Shown: positions 1-13,497, counted from the stretch's first letter. The stretch: 64,000 nt of DNA from Marsupella aquatica (GCA_973895155.1 OZ316891.1:14291037-14355036); one strand, 5' to 3'. The notes: generated from the letters alone by a model not told the origin. Translations and numbers: made by a program.

Positions 1-3000
1 TCTCCATGATTATTCTGGGTCCTAAGCAAGTTAAAAAGATTGATGTGTACTTGCAGCCATTGATTGATGAGTTGATACAACTGTGGAGAGGAGTGGATTG
101 TTATGATGGACGTCACAACACAGGAGGTTTATCCCGCGTATTTACTCTAAAGGCCATCCTTATGTGGACCATGCATGATTTACCAGGTATGGTAAACCCT
201 TATTTCCTCTAGTACCTAAACCTTGTATTTAATTGCAATTATGCAGATTTTTGCCTTGATGAACCTTATTTTATGAATGTGTTTTCTATGCACTGGGCAG
301 GGTTTGGATATGTTTCTGGATTGCAAACATCAGGCTATCGAGCTTGCTCTACATGTGGACCCGATTTGGAGGGGGTGGCCAGGCCCAAGTCAAGTACTCT
401 GCAAAAAATTGTTTACATTGGTCATACTAAATATCTTCCACCAGACCATCCTTGGAGGAGTGATCCATTCCTTTATGATACTGATGAGGGCCAACCTGAT
501 ATTCGTCCTCAACCTCAGCGGAAGGATCCAGCATATTGGAGAGAGGTATGGGGGAGAGTTCAGGATCCGAGTGATCCATTACCATTATTCAGATGTGGCA
601 TGACCCGTTTGTCTGCATTGTCACAATTGCCATATTGGTCAGATATGCCCATTAATCACTTGTTAGACCCTATGCACATTGAGGGGAATGTGGGGAAATC
701 ATTGATTCGCCATCTATATGGGGAGAAAAATAACAATTGGAGAGAAAGTTGTGAGGAGATGGGGATGCATGGTCTTTTGGGTTTTTGGCCATCTTTGGAC
801 CCCCCTGGTGCTCCCCCTAGCATCCATCCTCCTTGGGTTTTGACAAGGGCAGAGCGCATTGAGTTTCGCAGACGTATTGGGTTGATGAGGTTTCCCACAG
901 GTTATGGTACCAATCTTCGGAAGGCATTTGGGGGGGAGGATTCTCCAAAATGGCCATCTTTCTTGAAGACACATGATTATCATCGGTTGCTTGAACATGT
1001 TCTTCCAGTTGCTATTATTGGATTGGGTAGTGAGGAACTTCGTGATGCCCTTTGGTCATTGGGTAAGCTCTTAAGATGGGTATGTCAAAAGGAGGTACAG
1101 GAGTCCGATGACATTGCTGCTATGGAGATATTTGGAGTAGAGGTTGTCTGCAAGTTGGAGAAGGCACTCCCTCCCTCATTCTTTGATGGTCAGGTTCATT
1201 TCCTCATACATTTAGTGCGCGAGGTTGCAATTGCAGGCCCAGTACATTGTCGATGGATGTATTGGGTAGAGCGTTATATGGGGGTGATGAAGTCATATGT
1301 CTTTAATCGCGCTAGGGTGGAAGGTAGCATTGCGGAGCGTCATCTTGGAGCAGAGAGTATGTTTTACTGTACAAACATAGTTGCCACACTAGATCCTAGT
1401 GCTCCTAGGGGATGGATAGATGAGGCAGCACGAGAGGCTGACTACGAGGATGATAGACTCACTGGGGCATCTGGAGAGCGTCTCATAGGCTCAGCAGAGC
1501 GTTTACAGCTCACAACATTTATGTTGTATAACTCACCCGAGGTTGTCGGGGAGTGGACAACATTTTATGAGGAGGAGAAGCAAAACAGTCGACGCCCACG
1601 ATTATTTCCCAAGTTTCACCCATACATGAAGGAGAAGTTGTTAGAAGTGGATGCCCTGGTGGGTACCGGGGAGAGTGTATTACACTACCCAAACGTGACA
1701 GATAAACTTCGTACCTTGGTTCATGGTCCACTACTTATAGTCACGACTCGGACTGCCATGTGGTCAAAGGGGAGACATTTTCGTGTGGAACGACTTGATG
1801 AGAAGAGGGCGGCTACACAGGATTGTGGGGTAATGGGTTGGTTCACCCAAGATTCCCAGAGTAGCATGTCAAACATGAATCCCATTCGCTCCACCGTGGC
1901 CCATTATGGGAAGATTGAGGAGATCCTAACAGTGAAGTACCATGCACATACTACTTTGGAGGAAGTGGTATTCAAGTGCAAATGGTTCAAGATGAATCTT
2001 GTAGGCCACAATCGTACTTGTGAAGATGATGCATGCAGTTTTACTCGTTTGAAGACATCTGCAAATAGTGTCATCAGTTCCAACTGGAGGTCCTCGGATC
2101 CCTTTGCCTTCCCACATCACCTTGAGCAATGCTTTTACCTACCCTATCCCAATGACCCCGAGTGGTCCATTGTCATGCCGTATATTCCCGGATCACGGTC
2201 CATAGTCCAAGAGAGACCCAACGTAGTTGTAGTGGAAGATAGAGACATACCCCCCATGAGTTAGTATAAATTGTAGACCCCACCATCTTCATGTATATTT
2301 TTACCGGCACTATCTTTTTATCGGCATTCTACGATTTTTCTCATTGTCCACAATTTCATGCAGTATACATATCTATTGCTTAAAGTATGCCCCATATCTG
2401 AATCCATTAATTCCATGCAACCTATACATTGTAAAACACTAAAGTCCCATATGTCCCATTCAAATACCATCGGAAACATATCGGACACACATCAGTACTG
2501 CCAAAGCCAAAAACCCCTTCCCATCCTCAAAGTATCGGATTTTCCGATACTATAAGAATCGGAAGCCACTATCCGATACTCCACAGATCGAACACTTAAG
2601 CCCAAGGCCGAGGAGGGGTCCGATAGAAATTTCAACGGATAATAACCGATACCTAAGCCTTCGCAAATGATTTCCGTTGTAACTAGTATCGCAAAAATAA
2701 GTCCGATAACACTTGTATCGGTAAATGTCCGAAAGCAAACCTATCGGAATTAGCTTTCGATACTATTCTTATCGGACGTCTGAAAAACATGTCGGCTCTC
2801 AATTTGCGATACAGGATATTTCGGACATTGTCCGATATGATGGGGATTGGATAAGGTTTTCGATACAAAAACTATCGGATAGTAATGTCCAATTTTGGTA
2901 GTATCGGAAGTTCCGTAGCTGAGAGTATCGGAACATTTCCGTTGTGTTTAGTATCGGGCGCGTTGAGAAACGCGTGTTTTTAGTATCGGAAAAGTGCCTA

Positions 3001-3013
3001 AAATGTACTAGTG
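1..3013 (+). mobile_element. CACTA (En/Spm) DNA transposon, right part (left end outside window)
   Basis: TnpD-type transposase ORF, many TATCGGA/TCCGATA subterminal repeats at ~2320-2990, terminus ...GTACTAGTG at 3013 (reverse complement CACTAGTAC...). Confidence 0.9.
6..2264 (+). CDS. CACTA TnpD/Tnp2 transposase (Transposase_21, DUF4218, DUF4216-like), 5' truncated by window; intron 187-300
   Basis: Motifs GPKQ..IDVYLQPLIDEL, WTMHDLPG, HLLDPMHIEGNV, LKTHDYH, FFDGQVHFLIHL..E...GPV..RWMY..ERYM..K..V.NRARVEGSI, YGKIEEI, FKCKWF; GT..AG intron joins HDLPG to FGYVSG in frame. Confidence 0.92.
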
Positions 3014-3310
3014 GTAATTGTATCTTCTTGTCTCACGCGCAATCGTATCTTACTTATGAAGTACCAATTACGAGCTAGAGTTTGGGCCTAGCCTTCTAGC
3101 TTCTATGTCGTAGACCCTATACCCTTTGACTAAGGTCACGCGACATGCCTTTAGATCCGTAATTGTATCTTCCTGTCTCACGCGCAATCGTATCTTACTT
3201 ATGAAGTACCAAGTACGAGCTAGAGTTTGGGCCTAGCCTTCTAGCTTCTACGTCGTAGACCCTGTTATCCCTACACCCTCTGACTAAGGTCACGCGACTA
3301 GTCGCGTGCA
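3014..3310 (+). repeat. Two tandem ~145-bp direct repeats
   Basis: GTAATTGTATCTTC(T/C)TGTCTCACGCGCAATCG...AAGGTCACGCGAC at 3014-3143 and 3159-3298. Confidence 0.9.
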
Positions 3311-3671
3311 GGGTAGTGCATTGACTACATTCTGCCTACTTATTGACGGTTGTGACAGGACAATGCAGTTCACGGACGTTTTACTGGCGCTTATTAGCAC
3401 TACTGTCCTCAGTAGTTACTGACTGTCCACTCATTTGTTCTGAGTGGATGTGAAATGATTGATCGTAATCGATTGTGGTCATTCTCATTCATTTGACATG
3501 ACTGACGGACCATGCATAGTCTATTGCCGGTATGTGTGGTACCTCTAGGGTCACGCGACCAGTCGCGTGCAGCGCAGTGCATTGACTACATTCCGCTTAT
3601 TGACCGACGTGACAGGACAGTGTAGTGAAATTGACGGACATGACAGGACTATACGCTTACAGTGATATTCT

Positions 3672-6600
3672 ATGATGTGCAGGATCATAATTATTATGGT
3701 GACATCGACAGTCTGGATCAGGGAAGGCGGACAAGTAATTATAGGCATACGTGAGAAACAGGTTGGAAAAGGTCGCGTGATAAGTCTTGATCCTGCCAGG
3801 GTTTGTCACAATGTTCCTCTTGGGGCGGACAGAGTTCTTCTTCTATTGGAGGAAGTTTTTGACGAGACCATTCTATGCGAAGATGGCAAACTTTTGAAGG
3901 ACATGATTGGGGGTTACCTTGTATGGGAAAGGAATCAGCTTTTTCGAGCTCCCATGGAATCGGAGGATGTGTTTGGCACTGTTGGTGATGATCAAGATCC
4001 AATCAATCAAAATTCTGATGGGAACAACCATAATGAGAGTCGGTCTGGTGTGGAAGTAGTTTTACCAAAGGCCTTGTGGATGGGCATGCCTGTAAAGGTG
4101 GTGGATGAGAACAAGTTGATATTTGCAGTGGCAACTATACATGTTCTAGATCCTGGATGTCACCCTTGGGAATACACATGTGGGAATTCTGATCAACGAT
4201 TTTGTCGAGGGAGCCACCATAGATCATCTGAAGCATAGAGATTGCTTAAAAGCTTGGTCGATGGACCAACTCATTGCCAAGGATGGCAACTTGTTGTCTT
4301 TCCACAACATCAGGCAAGCTGTGGGAGGGAACACATCTCCAACAAGTGGCAAGCGGTCCTACGTCCATAAAAGTAGGAAAAGAAAGAGTCCATCTTCCCA
4401 GACATCTAGAAGAGACACATCTTTGGCACGTCAAGATGTGTTGTTGATAAACACTAAGGACTGTTGTAGTGAACATTGTTGCCAATATTTGGACCGTAAC
4501 TTGGCTATGGCAATTAGGCAAAAGTGGTGGTCAAAATCTTTTGCGGAGCGCAAGGAGGAGGAAATCAAGGCTATTAAAAATACAATACACTTGGGTACTG
4601 AGAAAGGATTCTAGCAGTGGAGGGCAAAGTATTGTGCTTGGAGGCATGGAGAATCATTCATTCAAGAGGAAAGACTCAATTTTATGCCTTGAAGAAGACT
4701 GTGATGGCTGGAATGAACATAGGTACCCATGGTAATGCTGGAAAAAGGCGTATGTCCGAGAAAGTATCTCAAGCGTTCATGTCAATGAAAGAGATTATTG
4801 AGGAGGCAGCTGATCATCATCCAGCCAAGTTGAGAACCATGGCAGATAATGCAAGGATGGTTTTGAGGGAATTGCCAACAAATCTTACTTGGGAGAATAT
4901 TAGAAACAGGGTTAATGTTGTCAACCAGGAGGCTGGTCTTCCTCCAATTTCCCAACCCACCTTGAGTCATCTACATCAGATGTATTTCAGGGAGTTCTCA
5001 TGTCACAAAAAGGGCAACAACTTTTCAAAGTGTACAACTTGTAGTGAGTTGCTTCAACGGAAAGCAAACCTTACAGGAGCTAAGGAAGAGTTAGAGGGCC
5101 TAAGGCGTGACGAGGAGGAACATCACCAAGACCACACACAACAAAGAATGTGCTATCATACCTGGAGATATGAGTCCATCCATCGTCCAAAGGAAGTGTT
5201 ATGCCTTATTCATGATAAGATGGATCATTCAAGACAGCTCTCCCAAGAATGCCCTTCAATCCTAAGCATGTGGATGGTGCCCAAAAGTTCCCAATTACTG
5301 TCACTGGTATCCTTACTCATGGTCATGGTCCCAAGGCCATAGCCCAATATCATGTTGGAGTGTGGCCAGGTGATGTCAACATCACTATTGGGTCAATTGA
5401 TTCAATACTAAGGATGTTGGAAAACCCAAATCCAATGATCAAATCACTTGTGGAGGGGCCAGACTCGACAAGTCTTTTTAAAGACCTCCTTTTTGGGAGA
5501 GCAGATATCTTGGAGGCAAGTGTCCTTAGAGCATTTGAGGATGACATTGCCTACATCTCAAGCCTAGGTACTTTACTCACAATCCTTTAATTTTTTATTA
5601 TTTAATAATATAAGCTCACACACACTGACACTCTACTTTGTCTAGTTGTTGCTCCTCCTAGCCAAGGTTTCATTAATAGGGTTTAAACCCTAAACCCTAA
5701 ATTGGGGTTTAGGGTCTGACTAGGGTTTTGTTTAAAAGCATTCTGAGATTGTTACATTGTGATGCAGCACCTGAGGCACCAAAGTTCAGGCCCCTTCCAC
5801 GAGTATTGAAGCTACAACTGGATAATTGTGCCTCAGACAACAAGAACAGATATATGATGGCTTATTTGTCATTGTTGACGGCAAGGGAGGTGTTTGAAGA
5901 GGTTCATCTTGGTTTTATGGTGGTTGGGCATACTCATGAGGACGTTGACGGTATGTTCGGGCATTTTTCAGAGTCTATGATGCATAACTCCACATACTCA
6001 TTGCCTGAGTTAATGTCCTTGTTCATGAGAGCAAGGACACCCAATGCAGTCCCACATTTTCTACAGGAGGTCCCAGATTTCAAAAACTACTTAGCTCCAT
6101 TCATGTTGAAGGGCCCTGAGGCATTGGTGGGGCATTTAAAACCCAGGCTGTTTAGGTTCTATGTTCGTCATGATAGTATGCCATGCTTCCAATACAAAAT
6201 GAAGTCAACTGATCAGGGATGGTTACCCAAGGAAGGTATTGAAATGTGGTCATGGAAAGATGACAAAAGTCCTCACATCCCAATTGGGGTGCCCAAACGG
6301 CTACCAATGATGGAGTTGAAAATGCTTCCTGAAGTGCTGACAGGGTTGAAGAAGCATGTGTCATTCTTTGAGTTTATTCTCAAGCGAACAAAAGAGGAAG
6401 AACCAAAGCGACGTTGGACAACTCTCATCAATTATTGGAATGACATTGTAGATACTCTACAGGGTGAGCAGGTGCAATATGAACCTGAAGGTGCACACAA
6501 CTTGGAATACGGGTTTTGGCCTTTATCAATATGGAGAGAGCACGTTCCACCAGAATATCGAAATGTGGCATGTGAGTTGGAGGCAACAGTGGATTATGTG

Positions 6601-7029
6601 GGACCAGCAAAAGATAAACCTCCTGAGAGTTTTAACCCTAGGGTTGATGTTGTGAAGGGCTGTTATGTGTTGGTACGGCCGGACGACTCAGACCTGGATG
6701 TTTATCCCGTCCATATGGGGTTAGTTGTTACAGATGTGGTAGAAGGACCAGTGAATGAACAAAACCTTCTTACTCATGTATGTGGCATTGAGTGGTTTAG
6801 ACCATTTATGGCAAAGAAGCAACGTGGTCAATCAGACTGGCAGCCAAGAGAGCGGTGGGCAGATTCTTGGGATAAGAAATGGGAACGTGATCCATCTCCA
6901 ATATACAAGGAAGCTGAGACAATAGATGTTTCCTCTGCCTTGTGGTGTTTCAAAGCACGCAAAGGACCAGTGACAGGGCTGGTAGGATTCCAAAGAATGT
7001 TGCTGTCAAGGCAAGAGACTATCTCTTGA
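3672..7029 (+). pseudogene. Sola-type (DUF7869-like) DDE transposase gene, frameshifted, intron ~5568-5767
   Basis: CC..C and KCTTC Cys clusters, LIHDKMD (first D), LQLDNCASDNKN and FMVVGHTHEDVDGMFG motifs across ORFs 3672-4238, 4180-4614, 4617-5342, 5249-5590, 5728-7029. Confidence 0.7.
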
Positions 7030-7133
7030 CATGCATAGCAAGTGACAAATCCTAGACAGTAATGAAGCATGTAGTTTAGCATACAGTTTAAAAGGCAACT
7101 CAGAATAGTAGTAGCCAGAGAACTCAAGTTTAG

Positions 7134-7725
7134 ACAAGTCTTATCGTCTAAGTTAGTTAGTTGGTTAGTTTATTTAAGATATAATATTAGTTAGTGGGGC
7201 CTTAGTTTGGTGATATTAAGGCATGATATTATTGACATTCAAATGAATGTCCAGTAGACATTGTAATATACAACAATCCTATTAATAAATAATAATTATA
7301 GTTACACCCTCAAGTGAACTCAACTTTCAATGATTTCTGATTTTATATGGTTCCATGCCTGATTGAGTCAAAGCAATAGAAACTAACTAATTAAAGGGTG
7401 ATACTATAATTGTAGGTCACGCACCCTGGTGCGTGTCAATCTTTTTTGTATTCAACCCTATAGTAATTAAATAGACAAGTTAGTTAGTTGGTTAGTTTAT
7501 TTAAGATATAATATTAGTTAGTGGGCCCTTAGTTTGGTGATATTAAGGCATGATATTATTGACATTCAAATGAATGTCCAGTAGACATTGTAATATACAA
7601 CAATCCTATTAATTGTTGTAAAGAAACTAATTAATTAAAGGGTGGTACTTACTATGATTGTAGGTCACGCACCCTGGTGCGTGTCAATCTTTTTTGTATT
7701 CAACCCTATAATAATTAAATAGACA
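7134..7725 (+). repeat. Tandem duplication of a ~250-340 bp AT-rich unit
   Basis: AGTTAGTTAGTTGGTTAG...CAATCCTATTAAT at ~7150-7285 and ~7478-7613; GTAGGTCACGCACCCTGGTGCGTGTC...AATAGACAA at ~7412-7478 and ~7660-7726. Confidence 0.9.
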
Positions 7726-8311
7726 ATTGAAACAATGAATGATAGTTTAATTAAGGATTTGTGCATGGATCAAGAGGTACTTGATGTCATTTAGTGATGC
7801 ATTGTTATAAAGATCTTGCAACAAAACATTTGAAGTTTTTGACTATCCCACCAAATGTTAAAGAGGTTGATCATTCATTAACTAATAATATTTAGATAAA
7901 ATTGGAATTAATCTAATACTTCAATATTCCTTAAATTGGGGTTTAGAGCATCAAAGAGATCAACGGCAGACCATTTTGGTCATCCATAAATGGTAAACGA
8001 GACCCCCTAAAGGCAAAATTTCCCCTATCCCCCAAAAATTCAAATGTGTTTGCACAACCCAAACCAAGGATGCAATGACACGTGGATGAATGAGTTATTG
8101 ACGTGTGGCAGCCCTATATGCTTTACCCTTACATAAAACTACTCGAACCCTATTTTTTAGATTACCTTGGTTCATTATAACATGGAACCCAATAAAACGA
8201 AGGGTTGTTACATTATAAGCGATTATAACTATTATTCAAAAAAGGGATTTAAAAACCCCTTGAGTTGTTCGCACGGGGGGTCCCATATTAGTTAAGCTAA
8301 GGGCCCAGGGG

Positions 8312-11238
8312 ATGTGCGTTGAGGCCTGCCTTGCTCTAATGTTCTACATGTATCCATCTGCGAAAGTTGACGTAAAGTCTTTGGCCCACATGTCGCGACT
8401 AGCTGTTCATATGGGATTTCACAATCATCCCAGTCGACGGGTCTTTTCGAGGGAGGCTGAAAAGGTTGCAAGGTCTCATTTGGAGAAGGGATTCACTGCA
8501 AACCCCATGGCATCCCCAACAGGGATAAAAAACTTTGCGACTGAGACACTGACAAATATATTTTGCGAGGCCTCTATTGAAGAAATCTCTCTTGAAGAAG
8601 AGAAGGAAATTTGGGAGTCCTTGATGGTCGTGGCATCTCCTCAGAAGTTTGCATCCGTGTTAAGGAGTGTCCATCAAGATCAGAAGGGGAAAGGGGAACT
8701 GGAATTTCTTGTGAGGATGCAAAAGTGTATCCGACTGCCTTTTCTTCATAGGTTCTTGCTCCCTGGTCAAGGCTGCCGGGACGAGAGTGCTCATATCTTT
8801 AAAATGACCGTAAAAGGTGATGGGAGTGGTCTGGACCTACTCCGAAGAATAAAACCTGGTGGGTTGTTAGAGGGTTCATGGATAAGTTTTGACGTGATGC
8901 ATCAAAGCACGGCAGATTGGCTTACTTTCAGTTCCCATGTATATGATCATCATTACCGGGCACTTTGCACCATATTCACTTGTGAGCTAAAGGCCGAAGA
9001 TGCAAAATCTCTGGAGAGAGCCTGGCGTTTGATGCTAGAGGTTGCCGATGAAAATGGTTTACAGGATGTTACAATTTGGGGATTCATGGCGGACAATGCT
9101 CAGGCTGGTTGGAATGTTGTTCGAAACGTGTTCTTTGACGGTGTACCCAACCCAGAGCGAGAAAGATCAGATGCCTTTCATTTTTTCCAATCTTTTCATC
9201 GTCATTCTCGAGAAGGTGTGAAAGATGGAAAGCATGGAGAGCACAAGGAGATGTGGGATCATCTTCGGAATGCGCCAACTTTCTTGAAAGCATATCAAAT
9301 CTTGAGGGAAATCGATGACTGGTGGAGGTCTGGCAATTGTCACTCAGGCAAACTTCAGATGCTGCAAGGGTGGCTGTCTTGGTGGGCTGTCCGATGGAGA
9401 CAATGGGGGAACTTCATAAGACTAGTGAGTTATACTCTGCTCTAGGATGCATGTTCCCATTAATAGCGCTCGGCGCTAGTGAAACATGTGTGAGACAGAA
9501 GAGTTCCTTATCCGCAAGAGTAGCCCGAGCGCTAATAATCCGTTTGGCCTATGAGTGATATAAGGACTTCCTTTATTTTGTGTTCAACGGTACTTTACAT
9601 GGAAATATCATCATCAGTTTATTAGCGTCTAGTGCTACTGTTATTTCCATTGTGTTGCCACTTTTGAGTGCAATTTCTTACATATACTAAACCCTTGCGC
9701 GCAATGTTTCAGAGCAAGAGTGCCGAAGAAGCTGGGATGATTCCAAATTGTACTGGTTTGGAATCTAGGCATGCTAGAATGAAAGCATGGCAACATAAAA
9801 AAAGGTTGGTCTGTTTGAAGGATGCAAAACGGACCAAAATAGAGCGGTTGCTCAAATTGCTGCTTATACTGCATACAAAAGGGGATTGAGCAGAGGAACT
9901 GGCCCAACTATTTTTGAGCTTGCCTTCAGATCGGCAGACCTGGCGGGGTCACCGCGTCTCTTTGAGGAAGCCACCAATCTCCTCCTGTCGAACGCTGCTG
10001 AGTTTGATTTGGAAAGAAGCGTTCCATTGAATGGTGATGTTGTAACTCGATCGGTGAAACGAAAAGGACATGCAACTGGGAACGTCTCGGCAAAAGACTC
10101 GCACAGGCATGATACCATCCTTGTTACTTCACCAAATACAAAAGGTTTGAAAAGGAAAAACCTGCATTCCACTGATTTTGAGAAAATGCCTTCTACACCT
10201 TCAGCCGGTGGAATTGATGTGGTCCATAATTTGTCAAAAAGCGATGCTTCTAAGGAAGTTGTGGTCATTGACACACCTTCGCGTCAAGCAATGAGATCCT
10301 CTGTCCCACCTGTGACCCCTGCAAGACCTGTCAAGACTGCATATTGTCATTCGGTTTCCCCAATGGAAAGTGAAGTACCTCCTTGTGCCTGGCAGTTGCG
10401 TCGGACCTCAAAACGGGGTGCGGGTCCAGTGTGTAACGGAACCCTTGGACAGGGAGGGAGTCGTGATGAATGTCAAAATCGAGTAAAGAAGGTAGGCCTT
10501 CCGAATCCAGATGGTGTTGTTGCGATTTCCGTGAGAGGATGCAGAATGTTCAGGGGGCAACCTTATAACGATCAGATATGGTTTTGCCCCAACAACCACT
10601 GTCACCAAAGCACAACAAGGAGAGGAGTCTCAAACATTCCCAATGTTCCTTCACATCTCCCAATTGCCAGAGGGACCAATCTTTCTGGAGCAGAGATTCA
10701 ATTTTTGAAAGAACAAGGACTTATTCTCTCCGAAGGCCATGGAGATGAAATCGAAGCACCGTTGCCTTCTGTGTTATGGATTGATGTCAATCTTTTCCCG
10801 GAGAGGATCAACCTAACTGACCCATCTGTGAGGTGTGCTTCAAGGAACGGGAAGAAATGCTTGCAAAGAGTGCATCTTACCCAAACACATTTGAAGAGAA
10901 TTGAAGCCTCTGAAAAAGAAGTGATGAGCGTCATTGGAGAGAGAGAGATCACGAGTGGAAATGCGTCGGGGAAACAGTTTTGTATCCGAACCCATGAACA
11001 TGAGCGATCAGTCGCCTCTTATTGGGTTCAGATATGTTGTTTCCCATGTTGCTCCTGCGAGGATTTCTACCGTCGGCATACTTATCGGAAGCCTTACATG
11101 CCTTGCAAACATGTGTATTGGGTGTTCAAGAATGTGTTCAAACTGGATGTGCACGATTCGACATTATGTAGCCAGCCAATTCTAACGTTGGGAGAAGTCC
11201 GTTACATACTTGATAGGCAGTTGGGAATGAGAATGTAG
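8312..11238 (+). pseudogene. MULE-like transposase with C-terminal SWIM zinc finger, 5' truncated; intron ~9425-9712; frameshift near 9886
   Basis: HMGFHNHP, SFDVMH, WGFMADNAQAGWN...AFHFFQS (DDE-like core), Trp-rich WLSWW..RW.QWG, SWIM-type CSCEDF...PCKHVYW. Confidence 0.65.
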
Positions 11239-11544
11239 ACTGTTGCTTTATCGTTGAACAACTACAATTGTAGTTTGTCTTTTCTAACGGGCATAAGTGT
11301 GAGTTCTTAAAGTGTTGTCTTTTTAGTATAATACAATACTAGCGTCGAGCGCTAGTATTGTATGACTTTGTTTTGACTTCATATTTTGTTGCAATATATT
11401 GGAGTCCTTGTGTGAAATCGTCAAGAAATTTCCTCTGATGTTGTACAATGGTGGGACCCACCATAATATTGTTCGCACAATTATTGCATATATGGACGCT
11501 AAATACCCTGAAGAGAAGAAAATAAAATGCATACAAGAAAAAAA

Positions 11545-11682
11545 ATACTCGTACAAGAAAACATAAACTCATACAAGGAAACATAAACTCGTACGAGTAA
11601 ATAGATATGCTCATACAAGGAACTTGTTTACTCATACGAGACAAAATTTTGCTTGTACGAGGCAAAATTGGCTCGTATGAGA
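11545..11682. repeat. Short subterminal repeats (CTC(G/A)TAC(A/G)AG), probable right end of the MULE-like element
   Basis: At least 5 direct copies plus inverted copies CTTGTACGAG and CTCGTATGAG. Confidence 0.6.
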
Positions 11683-12777
11683 ATATCTATTTACTATTTG
11701 CTAGCACGGTGGTTATACCCAGCACCATGGAGTGGTAGGGCTAGAACTCCTGATGCTAGATGAATGTACATCTGAAAAAGGATGCAAGTGACTAGAAGCC
11801 AAGTGAGAGCATTGAGATCCATTACCCTACCAAGTAAAGCATTCTTGGCCAGCCTGGTGATTTGGGTGTGGCCTGTAGTACCGGATTGGAAGCCCATAGC
11901 CCGTTCTCTCTCCTCACGACTAGGTTCATCCCATGTACTGGTAGAATGTCGATAAACCAGGCCAGGACCATCACCCTGAAAAGCATGGGCACCAGGAAAA
12001 GACACAAATGTAGGCCAATCAGCACGGGGCTCTCCAATGGTATTGGCTGGATACCAAGGGGCTGGCTCCTATCGTGTAACTGGTTGGCAAGAACTGGCAG
12101 GATCCAAAATCTGGTCCACTGTGAGGTTAGTGTCCCTGGGTGTGTGGTGAAGAGCTAACTCCAGCAAGGAAGGTGGTGCAAGGTTAGTCCAAAAGTTACG
12201 AAGACAATGTGCATAAGAACCACAATGCACTGCATCAATGAGAAGGGGTGGTCCCAAGTAGTGTTAGACCACACTGAAATCCTCTTTGACCTGTGGACGT
12301 TGGTCAAACTGAGATGGAGTATTCTCAATGATGTAACCAATAGCAGGGTAGTGGGCCTGAGCCCAGGTGAGAACCTGAACCAATGCTGTGAAAAGGCCAG
12401 AACAAGAATCATGCAATCCAGCACCGTGACCAACAACTGAAAATCCTTGGCATTCCCAACCAGCTATGATCAAATCAAGGGAGCCAAGAAGGGTTAAGTG
12501 CCGGTGCTGGACAAGCTGGATATCTAGAGGGAAGAAAGAAAAGGCAAACTTCCATGCACTAAATGGAAATTCCTGGGGAAATTGCTCTGAAAATTCCAGC
12601 AGACGGGATTCAGCCACTTGCCTTGCACGTTGTCGTGGGGATTCCTTTTAGAAAGCAAGAATCCATATTATGTTATTTGAGTTTATGTGAAGAGAGTTTT
12701 ACTTAAAAGCTTCATAGTAGTACTATTAGAGCATATATGTTACATCTATATGTAGTATGTACATTTTACAATGGTAC

Positions 12778-12972
12778 ATAGTAGTTCCACCATTTACGCA
12801 TAGTAGTTTTACAAACTAGATGCATAGTAATTCCACCAACTACGTATAGTAGTTGCACCAATTACGCATAGTAGTTTCACCAACTACGCATAGTAGTTGC
12901 ACCAATTACGTATAGTAGTTCCACCAATTACGCGTAATAATTCCACCAACTACGCACGGTAGTTCCACCAAC
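12778..12972 (+). repeat. ~22-bp tandem repeats (TAGTAGTTCCACCAACTACGCA), about 9 copies, in the solo LTR
   Basis: Directly visible degenerate tandem array upstream of the TATA box (U3-like position). Confidence 0.85.
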
Positions 12973-13290
12973 CATGAATAGTACTAGCACACTTATAGGT
13001 GCTTGATGGTTGCCACTTGGCTTCCATCCAAGGGTCAAGGCATCGATCCATGCCCTCTTGGAAAACACAAAGGGGCACTATAAATAAAGTGAAGAGGAGC
13101 ACACTCTCCTCATTCGCATTTATTTGATCTATCGTGTCGGACTCGCAATACTGTAAGGAACTCTTCCCCTCTTGTGCACATGTCTTGTTTATTATTTACC
13201 TCCATGCTTGGGTACTAACTTGATTGTTAGCCTTAAAACTATTTTATGTTTTATGTTTATTAGTCTTGAGATCAATTTAGTGTGCTTGTA

Positions 13291-13497
13291 ATGAATAATA
13301 TGATAAATTGAGTACCTAGAGTTTATCCCCCACCTGCTGTGCCATTTCTCAATCCTTTCTTAATTAGAATTCATTGTCTTAGCAAGCATACCATGAGAAT
13401 GCATCTTCTTTATCATTTTGGGTTTGAGTTAATGGAAACAATTATGAATAGCGATGCACCATTTGTATACCCGATTGTTGTTTATGGAAATGAATAG
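13291..13497 (+). pseudogene. LTR-encoded micro-ORF paralog 1 (68 codons, TGA at 13309)
   Basis: Manual translation MNNMIN*VPRVYPPPAVPFLNPFLIRIHCLSKHTMRMHLLYHFGFELMETIMNSDAPFVYPIVVYGNE aligns with the ORFs at 13525 and 35003. Confidence 0.6.

Noticed and set aside
12778-12972. Regular short repeats resembling a CRISPR array
   Set aside because: Units are directly tandem with no unique spacers, lie in a eukaryotic LTR, and no cas genes are present.
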